Positions 23,840 through 35,644 of a stretch of DNA of 64,000 bases are shown piece by piece. The number at the start of each line of letters is the position of its first letter. The first letter of the stretch is position 1. Below the pieces are notes generated by a model. That model was not told where the DNA came from. It ran no database searches and saw only the letters and a program-made list of their open reading frames with translations. The DNA is from Azolla caroliniana (Eukaryota > Plantae > Polypodiophyta), in the NCBI GenBank assembly GCA_043228905.1, contig JBHGNT010000008.1:10230001-10294000 (forward strand), given 5' to 3'. The translations under genes were made by a program, and so were the position numbers.

Positions 23840-24184
23840 AGAACATAAAACTATATTCAAAAATTAACTCTAAAACTCTATACAAACAACATGCTAAACA
23901 ACACTATTCATACAAGTCCACAAAGGACTGACAGAAGTACTATCATGTACTTCAATGCTCACACGTGCGACTGACACTAACTACTAGACAATGATTACCT
24001 AGTAGTGTAGGCTACAACTAGGCTTCTGGTTCCCGCTCAAATCCGGCTCTCTGATCCGGCTCCCCGATCCAGCCGGTTGTTTCCAGATACCATCCGGATA
24101 CCGATCCGGCTCATCCTTCCGGATGCCGATCCGGCTTAAGCTTATTCAGCTGATCCGGATCCGGTTGAGCTTGTTGGCTCAACA
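23702..24184 (-). repeat. 5' LTR of B
   Basis: TGTTGAG...TTTACA directly followed by PBS TGGTATCAGAGC; internal (AG)n and ATCCGG repeats. Confidence 0.93.
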
Positions 24185-24939
24185 AACCGGAATGGCCAAT
24201 GACGGAACCGGAACCAGACGGGGACGACGATCGAACCGGGACCGGCACCAACACCAGAACCGGACCGAATAGACCAGATCACCGGGTCAAATGCAGACCA
24301 GATAGATGGATCGATTGGATAGGTTGATCACGACAATTTCAGTGTGAAACGAACAAAATATCTAGACTAAAAAACCTAGTAAAAGTTTGTATACAAAGAG
24401 ATGCAAGCAAGGCTTGAACCTTGCACCTCCAAGATAGGAGGCAATAGACTCACTAAACTAAGTCATTTTCTTAGAAATGTTTTTTTCTATCATTATACCT
24501 TTACATGTAAATTCTCATATTAGGGCTTGATTGAATGACATACATCACATGTAATGCATGAGCGCCAAATGGAAAACATGCATCACATGCATTCCATGCA
24601 TTGTATGCATGTGTTGTACCCTCACAGGCATCATATGCATGGAGGCTTCTTTAAAAGAGTGGATAGAGAGGAAAAACGGGCTAGGGATTAATCAAGCAAG
24701 CTTTGTACTTTATATCAAAATTAATATTAAGAAGAAAATTCGTTATGCAATTGATGATATATCTTGTTCCTCAATTCTAAAGTGAAGGGTTCAATCTTAA
24801 TCTCTTTCTTCATTTCAATCTCTCTCAATCTATCTTAAATACTTTCTCGCTAAAGCTAGTACAAACTTCGAATCCTTCCAGTCCAGAACCCTGGTGGTTC
24901 CACCTCACGATCCACACGTAATGACGGATCTTCACGACA
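24185..24939 (+). mobile_element. 3' half of an older D-family Gypsy LTR (3' or solo LTR) that is the target of B
   Basis: Ends ...GACGGATCTTCACGACA like the D LTRs; shares the tRNA-like module and CATG cluster; no PBS follows. Confidence 0.85.
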
Positions 24940-25775
24940 CCGTATATCTCAGATAGGTTGTATTCAAACTAGTTGGTAGTATTGGAATGTAATCATTTTC
25001 TAGAATGACCGTAACAGCAAAGACTAAAGCCATGCCTGGAAAAACATCAAAGAGTAGCATGGTTTTATTGTTCCTTTCTCTCATTCTGTATTAGTGGCAG
25101 TTTGTTCCGACCCCATCTTGGCAATGAAGAGATGTGGAAGCTCCTCGTGCACCTGGTATTCTTCACTACAAAATACAAGAGGGAACCCACCCGTGCACCC
25201 ACAAAAAATAGAGTTGTGGAAAGTAGAAGATAAGGATGAAGATAATTACATTTTGGAAACAAACGAGAAGCCAATGTCTAATATGGAAACTTCTAGTGCT
25301 ACAGAAAAAGAACAAGCTAAAAGTCTTATTTTTAATGTCCTCTCGATTCTCTCTATGGGACAAATATGGCATTATTGGACAGTTCATGAGGACTGAAGGA
25401 TACTTCATGGGGATTCACGTGACGGGAAGTATAGCAAGCTACATCCTCATTTATATGGAAAGAAATCGAAACACTTTGTGTTATTTTCAAAGAAGATATA
25501 ATGGGGAGGGATCAGACCTTCCCCCTAGTGTTGGTTTGTATTGAAGAGTTCTATAGGAAGAAACTACGAACTATGAAAATGAGATACAATCAACTGTCCA
25601 CCTAGAAAAGTAGAAAATCCCACGTACCGAAAATCCCACGAATATGGTTAATCCAAGTAACATAATGAAAGCATAATGATAGTAGGGTCAAGGTCACCAT
25701 GCCCTTCGAACCGGACGTGAAGGTCTCCCCTCATTTAGCTCTCTACAGCAAGCAAGCACTTTCGAGGTAGTCCCT

Positions 25776-28700
25776 TATCGAATACGAGTGTATAATGGCC
25801 GTATTCACATTGTCCCTTTGGACAACCCAAGTTTGGGCTATTTCTGTAAATAGCATAAAGGGCAGTTGCCCTAGGATAGTCACTATATAAAGTGACTTTG
25901 TAACCTTTAGTAAAAGGGTTTGTTGTCATTTGTAACTGTTGCTATTAAGAAATAAAATGTTTCTTTGTGCCTATCTCACTCTGTCTCTCTGTATCTTGTT
26001 CATTCTCATACACAGGTCCTTCAACATCACAGATGTTGTTTGTTCTTCCGCACTGACAACCTTGTCCCCAACATTTGGTATCAGAGTATTGGAGGGTCTT
26101 CAACCCGCTACCGGCCGTCATAGTACACAACACAACACTCTGTTTCTGTTTTTCTTGAAGAACAGAGAAGATAGAAGACAAACAAGAAGTCTGCATCTCA
26201 CTATGTTAAATCACTAATTGGAGTAAGCTAGGCGGTTGTACTCTATTCCTATGATTGTAACCACTTGAGGTGAGCTCCTTGTGCAACACCCGACCCAATC
26301 GTGCTTCATTTGGTTAAACAACATCCGAATAGGTCACCGGACACTATTCACCCCCTTGTTGTAACCACCCGCCGCAGATTGATCTCCAAGCAACAACCAA
26401 ATTTGTGCTTCATTCGGCCGATCAACATTCGGGAGGATCATTTGGATCCGTCCCTCTCATCGTTATAGTCATCCGAAGCAGAATCGGCCTAAACAATCGG
26501 TTTCTTGTGATCGGTATTCGGCATACAATCGGAAGCTAACCGGAGTCACTCCAAGAAGGTTCAGCAAACAAGTATCTGAAACCAAACCGACTCGGGTTCA
26601 AGACCGACTAGAACGATATCGAGTGAGCCGACCGGCTGCACCCAACTAAGGTTCCTAGTCAACTCCGAACTGACTCTTACCAACCGAAACCGAATCAGAT
26701 GGCATCAACATCCAGCTCATCAGAGATGAGTCTAAGGAGGTTCGATGGTTCGAACTTCAACTTCTGGAAGGAACAAATGTAGGACTATCTCATAGTCAAG
26801 GGTCAGATAGACCCGATTGAGAATGAAAATCCTCCATAAGCATACAAGGCAAACGAGTGGCTAAAGCTGGGCAGAATCGTCCGCTCCACGATTCGGATGC
26901 ACTTGTCGGAGTCAGTGTACTTCACAGTGCAATCATGTTCGACGACTTTTGAACTTTGGAAAACACTGTCGGAAACTTATGAAAAGAAGGTCGCCGCAAC
27001 AAAGATGTATCTAATCTGGCGCCTCTAAAACTTGTGGATGAAAGAATCTGATTCGGTTCAGGCACACCTCAATGAGTACGAAAGCCTAAGATCCCAAATA
27101 TCGTCTCAGGGGATGGCAATAGAGGATGAACTTAGAGCAATGATACTCATGAGTAGTCTCCCCTCTTCTTGGGAAACTTTCCTCACAACCGTGTGCAATG
27201 CTTGAACAACTACCATTAAGTACTCTGAAATCACGAGTGCAATCCTGATTGAAGCAGCTCAGAGAAAGTCTTTCGCCAAAGACTCGGCAGATGAAGCTTA
27301 CATAGTACAAGGTTCGACCGACCGATCGAACAACCGGGGAAGAAGTTCTTCCCGACCACCGAACAATCAGCGAAGCCGGAGCAAGTTCCGGGACAACCAA
27401 ATCTGCAACTACTGCAAGAAAAGGGACACATCAAAGCCAACTGTCGGGCAGTCAAAGCAAAAACTGACAAAGCTCAGAGAGTAGATTAGAAGAGTAGCCG
27501 ACATGAGGAGGTCAACTACGTCGGCTCTTCAGCCGAAATTTTCACGACCAACCCGAACATACTATCCATAGAGAACCCAGTTGAATCAGAAGTTTTGCTT
27601 ACGACTAAGGAATCGAGCACATGGCTCCTGGACTCGGGCGCATTGTATCATGTGACACCTCACCGATCTCAGTTTCGGCAATACTCGGACCGGCACTCCG
27701 ACTCAGTTCGAGTCGGGAACTCGCAACATTGTGCCATAATCGGAATCGACACCATAGAGCTCAACCTTCTAGGTGGCTCTACACTCATACTACACAACGT
27801 CCGACACGTTCCTGAGCTTTCAAGACCCTTGATCTCAGTCAGACAACTTGATGAAGTCGGCATCCGTGCCGGGTTCTCATCAGGAGGGTTGACACTCCAC
27901 AAAGGGAACCTCTTGCTTGCTCGAGGACCAAAGGTACACTCTTTGTACCCTTTATATGTCACACTCAAAGAGGGTGACTTATTTTTGGTTGATATCCCCG
28001 TGTCATCGTTATGGCACGGATGACTTGGACACCTCAACAAGGCCGGCATAACGTACCTATCTAGAGCCAGTTACATCCCTAAGCTCTCCTTCTCGTATCA
28101 CCAATTCTGCGAGCATTGCCAGTACAGCAAACAGGTAGCCCCATCAAACCCAACATCACCACCGAGAGAATCGAGTCCCCTCGATTTGGTCCACTCGGAC
28201 GTCTGTGGCCCGATGCCACATCAGTCTCTCGGCGGTGCTTCGTACTTCGTGAGTTTTATTGACGACTCAACTCGGAAGGTGTGGGCTTACCCCATTAGAA
28301 CCAAAGATCGGGTGTTCTCAATCTTCTCCGAATGGCTTGCAATGGTCGAAAACCAGACCGGTCAGAAACTAAAATGTCTCCGAACTAATAATGGAGGAGA
28401 ATTAGAGTCTGATGAATTCATCAAATTTTGTCGGGAACATGACATTCGACGTGAATATACGGTACCCTATAGTCCGGAGCAGAACGGAATTGTTGAACAC
28501 ATGAATCAGACGATTCAAGAATGCATAGTATCCATGCTCCAATACTCTGGACTGTCGAATGGCTTCTGGGCGGAGGCTCTACTTACGGCAGTACACATAA
28601 TAAATATGTTGCCAAGTAGACCTCTAGGACTTATACCTCAGGAAACATGGACCGGCAGTAAGTTGAATTATGACAAGCTGAGGATCTTCGGCTGCAAGGC

Positions 28701-31226
28701 GTATGCCCTCATACCGAAAGACGACCACCGGAAACTCGAACCAAGATCAAGGAAATGCATTTTCCTTGGATATGGACCCGACGACAAGATCGGATACCGA
28801 CTCTAGGACCCCAAGCACAGACAAATCGTCTGAATTTTGGATGTTGTGTTCAACGAGTCAGTTATGCATAAAACGGCCGAAAGGCCTATTGAAGTCCGAA
28901 GTGCCAACCCATCATGAAGGCCCAGCCCACAACACAAGATCGGTTTCACGGGTAACCGACACCTCTCGTCCTGAATACACTGATTCAGCACAGCCGAATG
29001 GCTCGGCTTCCAACCATCCGACACCTATACCCGGTGCGACCAGTCCAGTCATACCTCGAAGATCCGAGAGATTGTCGCAACCTCTGGAAAGGTACTCTCC
29101 CGGAATTTTCTTTACCGACACCGGCGAACCGACGTCTTACAAAGAAGCATCAGCATCTGCCGACTTAGCCACCTGGCATCTAGCCATGGAGTCGGAAATG
29201 CACTCTATTCGTGAAAACAAGACTTGGGACTTGGTCGAATTACTGGAGAATCAACGTACTCTTCCGTGTAAATGGGTCTATCGACTAAAAGAGACGTCTG
29301 ACTCGACCAACCCAAAGTACAAGGCCAGATTAGTTGCGAAGGGATTTTGAGAAGAATATGGCGTCGACTTCGACGAAATCTTTTCACTAGTGGTGAAAAT
29401 GACAACCCTTCATTTCATGCTCGGTGTCGTGGTTGCCGACAACTTAGAGCTGATTCAGCTAGATGTAAAACCGGCATTCCTCCACGATGACCTACAGGAG
29501 GAAATCTATATGGAGCAGCCGAAAGGCTTTGTGGCATCCAGGCAGGAACATCTAGTTTGCTGACTCAGGAAGAGTTTATACAACCTGAAACAAACACCCC
29601 GAGAGTGGTACAAGAAGTTCGACGACTTCGTCCAGTCGGTCAGCTTCTCCAAGAGCGATGAGGACCACTGTCTCTTCACCAAAATAGCTCAAGACGGGTC
29701 TCCCGTCTTCCTCATCATTTACGTGGACGACATGCTACTCTCCGGCTGACATGCCGAAGAGCTCATTGAACTCGTTCGAAAATTGTGGTTGAAGTTTGCC
29801 ATGAAGGACCTTGGTCCGGCAAGACACATACTTGGTATGAAGATTAGTCGGCATCGCGATAAACGACAACTTTTCTTATCTCAAACTGACTACATCGGTC
29901 GTGTCTTGGAATGCTTCAACTTGCACTCGGCCAAGTCTGCTTCAACCCCTCTGCCCATTAACCTTCGGTTGTCTCGGCAAGACTGCTCGAGGGGAAAGAT
30001 ATGTAGTCGGTACTGTATGCGCCGATAGTCGGCTCCCTTATGTACGCGATGGTCGCGACACGGCCTGATATTTCTCACGCCATAGGAGTCGTCAGCAGAT
30101 TTATGCACAATCTAGGCCAACCGCACTGGAACGTAGTCAAGCATGTGTTCAGATATCTAGCTGGCACAAACGACCACAACATTCTTTTTGGCCCGAACTC
30201 AACCTTCAGGCATAGTCGGTTACACCGACTCAGACTTTGTTGGCTGCGTGGACAGTTGGAAATCAACAACTGGATATTGTTTCAAATTCAGCAATGGAGC
30301 AATCTCATGGAAGTCGAAACTTCAGGAGTGCACAGCCACCTCAACGACTGAAGCGGAATATGTAGCTGCGTCCGACGCAGCAAAAGAAGCTTTATGGCTC
30401 GGTTGGCTGGCGCACACATTTCAACAAATCGACCTCGACTCGGCTCTAGTTGTCTACAGCGACAGTCAGGGTGTTGTTGCTTTGTCTAAAAATCTGGTTC
30501 ACCACAACGCCTCCAAGCATATCGACGTTCGATATCACTTTGTTCGGGACTACGTCATTTCAGGGAAAATCGGTCTCAAGAATATATCCACAAGCGATAA
30601 TGTCGCAGATGGAATGACCAAGTGTCTTTTGGCGGATCGCTTCCGGTCCCTTCGGCACAAGATGGGTGTAACGAAAAATCGGTCTGGTTAAAGTTGGCCA
30701 CACAACACAGGATGGTATCGGACAACCGACATCAATTCTTTGAGGATCGGCTTCAGCTCTTCCCACCCAACCGATTCGGTCTTCTGTCTTCAAGATCTTA
30801 CTGACTCGAACAAAACTGATCTGTCCGATAAACCTTGTATATACCTGTAATTTCAGATAACCCATGTATATGCCCATTACGGGGGAGTGTCGAATACGAG
30901 TGTATAATGGCCGTATTCACACTGTCCCTTTGGACAGCCCAAGTTTGGGCTATTTTTGTAAATAGCATAAAGGGCAGTTGCCCTAGGATAGTCACTATAT
31001 AAAGTGACTTTGTAACCTTTAGTAAAAGGGTTGGTTGTCATTTGTAATTGTTGCTATTAAGAAATAAAACCTTTGTTTGTGCCTATCTCTCTCTCTCTCT
31101 GTGTGTATCTTGTTCATTCTCCTACACAGGTCCTTCAACATCACAGATGTTGTTTGTTCTTCCGCACTGACGACCTTGTCCCCAACATTTGGTATCACAG
31201 CGTTGGAGGGTCTTCAACCCGCAACA
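25776..31226 (+). mobile_element. Degenerate Ty1/Copia element E (relative of A/C) with an extended 3' end
   Basis: LTRs 25776-26073 and 30888-31187; PBS 26076-26087; gag-pol pseudogene 26699-30691; TSD-like TCCCT (25771-25775) / TCCCC (31227-31231). Confidence 0.93.
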
Positions 31227-31554
31227 TCCCCATCATTGCTTCCCCTAATATCCGCCACATACCGTATAGGGGTTTACAGGAGATCCCAGAGCTGGCACTA
31301 GTAGTTGTTATGTATGGCTCTTACCGAGATCGTTATTTTCCCGTGCTCTAGCTATTTTTCTCCCTAGACTGTTAACCGTACATGTAGTTATGGCGGCGTA
31401 GCTATTCTCGAGGAAGGGCGGTAGAGGGCTGTGATTTTCCCTGCTTTAGCGAAACCTGGCATACCGCGACCTTTGTTAGATACGCCCCCCATGCCTTTAT
31501 TCATTTCGACATGCTACCTTGTGGACAAAAGGCCCGAGACAAATTAACTCACTT

Positions 31555-33290
31555 TCTCACTAGCTTCGCTTTAGCTTTCCGATTTCGGCTTCATTGCTTC
31601 CTCCAATCAACATGTCTTCAACATATAGGATCAGATAAATCCAGGACTCGTTGGCCAATTGCCGAGTGTATAAACATGGGTCGGAGTCAGACCGGTTGTA
31701 GCCGAGTTGTCGGATGTAGGAATCGAACTTCTGGTACCACATCCTTGGCACTTGTTTTAAGCCATATATGCTTTTCTTCAATCGAAATACAAGGTGTTTT
31801 TCCTCCCCTGTCGACGAGAAGCTTGCCGGTTGGGACATGTAAATGTCCTCTTCCAAGTCTCGGCATAGGAATGCCATCTTTACGTCGAGTTGCTCAAGCT
31901 CTAGGTCCTTTGTCCCCACAACCTCAAGTAGGAGCCGAAGGGTGGTCATCTGAACTACTTGAGAGAATATCTCGTTGTACTGGACCCCGTGTTCGTATTT
32001 GAATCCCTTCGCGATGAGCCAAGCTTTGTCTGAGTCAGATACATATTTGTATCGGAATACGCATTTGCAAGGTAGTGGCTTTCTTCTTGCTGGTAGTTCG
32101 ACCAGTTCCCATGTATTGTTCTCTTTGATCGAGTCCATCTCGGATCTCATAGCTTGCAGCTATGTTTCGGCTTCGGGTGCGGCTATAGCTTCTTCGTACG
32201 TGCCTGGTTCGCCTGCATCTGTGTAGTTGACGTAGTCGAGGCCTAGTTGATAGAACTCTTTCAGCCTTCGATTTCGTCCAGATCTCTTGACTACCGTAAT
32301 GATTAGTTCGGATCGTTCGATCTTCAATGTCGGCCGACGGGCATTTGTTGAACCACTTTGTCAGGAGTCCTTCGGATGACTCGCCCCTGTGATAGGATTT
32401 CGGCAATGTCACCGCATTCTCCCCTTTGTCAGGATGGAGAGACGTAGCCGACTTAGACTTGTTTTTCCCTTTGGCCTTGAGTGTCTTGGCCGGGTCAACT
32501 TTGTTTCCGACTCACATCTTGTCGGCTTTTCCTTTTTCGACTCTTGTCAATTCAGCTTTCTCTTCGAGTTCGACTAGTGAACCTCCTACCAATTCGGAGT
32601 CGGCATGTGTATTGTCGGCTTGGTCGAGTTTGACTGTTTCTCGAATCTCTGATTCGGCCCGGTGGGTCGGTCTTTCTACGACTTCTCTGTCGATTTCGAA
32701 CAAGACCCTTTTGCCCACTATTTTTTTGTTGGTTCCGCTCAGCGAGGATAAAGTCTTCATTGAAGACGACGTCACCGCTTCGGATCAATTTCCGATGCTT
32801 TAGGTCCCATAGATGATAGCCGAAATCCCCATCGGTTCCATAACCAAGAAATATAGATTTTGTTGCATGGGGTACCAATTTGGTCCTTTTCTCCTAGGGA
32901 ATGAATGCATAAGCTTCGTAGCCAAAAATTTGAAGCCTTTCGTAGGTAGGTTGTTTGCCTAACCATAGTGCCTGAAGCACTTTGAGCCTGATTGCTTTCG
33001 ACGGCGATAGATTTATCAGGCAAATTGTCGTCACCACTCTTTTTCCTCTTGATCGACTAGTAGTTGGAAACATTGTGACCGGCTTTTCTACAATGGGTGC
33101 AGAATTCTCCTGATCGACTCGTTCTCGACTTCGACTGCTTTCTGTCTCTCCTCGTTTTCGAGCAACTCATTCCCGACTTCGATCGCTTTCTATCTCTCCT
33201 CGTTTTCGATCGACTATGATTTCGATTAGTTCTGTCAGCTTGTTCGCTCGATCGACTCGGTCTGTAAATCATCTCAGTTGTTGTCATGTT
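31555..33290 (-). pseudogene. Truncated, internally deleted Copia remnant J (gag knuckle joined to INT C-terminus and RT)
   Basis: CTHCRKAGHNV; KSIFLGYGTDGDFGYHLWD; ELEQLDVKMAFL; LILYVEDMLI; no LTRs recognised. Confidence 0.85.
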
Positions 33291-34139
33291 GGAGGAACAT
33301 GTTGTTAGCTTTCTCTTATATTGGAGAAAAGTATAGTGGTATTAACTACAATGATTTAAAAGTTAAATATTTAAAGAAAGAGCATTTGTATGTGGAACAC
33401 AAAGTGGAAAATGTGGAAACCCTTTGACCAAAATATGGAGTTACCATACTTTCATATGTATGGATTGACACTAGCAAGCAAGCACTTGGTTTCATGTTCT
33501 CACCGTCAAACTATTGATTGTAGTGGTGTTTCTACAAGGGTCCATGGTCCACGGTTGGATGTAAAAGCAGAAAAGTGGTGCAAATTGTCACTAACGATGT
33601 ATCTAATTGTGTTAGTATGGGTCACATTCTAGAGGCCAAATTTCCAAGCCTTGTATGGACTCCTTGTGCATCAGATTGTCAAGATTTATTGCTAGAGGAT
33701 ATTGGGAAGTTGTCTTGGGTTTGTCAAGTGCACAAGAGAGCAAATTGTGTAGTCAAACCGCCAAAAACTTTTCAACATCTATTTATCTCTTGTGCTCCTT
33801 AGGCCAAGTGCCACTTGATTTGACCACATTCTTATTGTCCTCGACAGGCTTGCAAGAGTTTGGAGAGCCCTTGAACAAATTATGGTTAGTAACTATTGGA
33901 GGATTGGAGTGACTCCAAAAAGCCAGATGTTGTCAAGGTGAAGTTCATTGTGCGAGATAGTTCTACTTTGCCTTCAATTATGATTGTAATTTCTATTATG
34001 TGTCCATTATTTTCCCAAACAAAATATCCTTCCATTAGTTTAAAAAAAAAGTCATAACAGCTACAACATATAAAATATTTTTTCCAAGCCCGTCTTGTGT
34101 AAGGCAATGGCTGAGGAAACAAATCAATGTACTCTAGAG

Positions 34140-35213
34140 TGTCACGGACACACCAACCACGAACTTGAACAGAGCACAGATGATGTGGCTACGAGCAACG
34201 AGCTACGAACTTGGATCTAGAAGTGACGAGGTTAGGAACTCTAGAAGTTGTCAGCGACATGAAAGCATGAAGGCAAAGATGAAGAAGGAGATAAGATGGA
34301 ATGGAACAAGAATACTAGATTGATATGTCAATGACTAGTGTTGAATCCCTTGAAAGGGATCAATGAGGTTATAAGCATTTATACATGTTCCGAGATTGAA
34401 TATCGCTAGAATATACTTGAGAAATATCTCTAGAATATACCCGTCTAGAATATACCATACAATATATCTAGAATATACTAACGACTAGAATATTCTGATT
34501 CTGAAATGTACAATATGCCAGACTATAGAATACTAAACTATTATATGTTGGGAATATGTCCCTCCAGTGGGAGGATGATCCGACTGTTCGGAAAGCCAAC
34601 AGTCGAAGAGTCAGAAAACAGGAGCCGAGTTGATGAGGAACTCGGCCTCGACCGAAACCGGAATCGTGTAAATAGCCAACTCGGGAGACTATAATTTGTA
34701 AATAGTCTAAGTGTGCGCCCCATGAGGGCTATGTATGTAAATAACTAGAAAGATGCGTAAGTATATATGCAACTAGGGCAAACTCTTAGTGTGTGTTAGT
34801 GTGATGAACAGAAGAATAGTGTAAGTGCAATAGTTGTAGAACGCAAGAGAGAGTGAGAGAGAGAAGATAGAGCCGCGACATAGTTGTGTGTGTAATAGCA
34901 AACGCAAAGAGCCCTGTGTGGCTGATACACTCGACAGAGTGTTGTAATCATCTCTGTATTGTATATCCACTATACTATAGTGAAGAATCTGTTCACCCGT
35001 GGTTTTCCCCGTTTTAAGGTTTCCACGTAAATCTCTGTGCAGTGTTGTGTGTCTTGTTTTTTTTTCTGGCATTTCTGTAATTCAAATTTCAGTGCGTAGT
35101 TCGTTTATTGTGATCTATTCCGCAACAGTTTCTTGACATTATATACAAATGCATGCTCATATCAAAATGGTTGAGCATGACATATTGTTGATGTGAGGTT
35201 GCAAGTCAGGACA
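34140..35213 (-). mobile_element. Solo LTR (probably Gypsy; TCTAGAATAT repeats), same family as 40353-40876, carrying a nested solo LTR
   Basis: Reverse-complement similarity to 40353-40876; TGTCAC end at 34140; right end partly deleted; possible decayed TSD TAGAG/CAAAG. Confidence 0.7.
34546..35138 (+). mobile_element. Copia-type solo LTR related to the F LTRs, TSD TTATA
   Basis: TGTTGGGAAT...CTTGACA; TTATA at 34541-34545 and 35139-35143; CCGTGGTTTTCCCC/TTTCCACGTAAA motif shared with F LTRs. Confidence 0.88.
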
Positions 35214-35644
35214 CAAAGTAGAGGAAAAAATTCAACTAATTTGCAAGCTATTCCATTATGCGTCCACTATTTTTTGTTTTACAGGTAGGTAATTGATCGT
35301 GAAGTATCTACGATGGGCTTACTTTATGAATTCGTGAGGAGGGCTAGGGATATATTTCAATGAGGAGCGAGACAAGACACATCAAACAAGGACAGATAAT
35401 TTAAATACAAATGAGATAGACATTGACAAGACTCCTAAAATGCCCCCATCAACAAACAACATTGATACTCAAGTTGCACAAGTATATTTTGAGTAAGTAG
35501 AGGCTATGCATATTGGTTGGGTTACTCCGAGTAAATCTAAGTTTGCCACTATGATAGTGGATGAAGGATTGGTAGGTTAAAGTTCTAGCACTATTAGAGG
35601 AGGTCATGGATATGTTCATAGTCGTGCTTGTGCGAGAGTTGCAA

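Larger units (their letters stand above)
5116..24184 (-). mobile_element. Ty1/Copia element B (degenerate), interrupted by Gypsy D in gag and by Copia A in its 3' LTR
   Basis: 5' LTR 23702-24184; Met-i PBS TGGTATCAGAGC 23690-23701; gag rejoins in frame across D (QLL*ELNNIRQRDMSVTD); PR, INT, RT, RH fragments 6000-9950; PPT 5407-5418; partial 3' LTR 5116-5406. Confidence 0.95.

Noticed and set aside
24940-25590. Host gene fragment
   Set aside because: Short ORFs without recognisable motifs or splice structure; left unannotated
25595-31527. Solo LTR (TGTCCAC...GTGGACA) hosting element E
   Set aside because: 7-bp terminal inverted match, but the flanks TCAAC/AAAGG are not a TSD and there is no second copy in the window; unresolved
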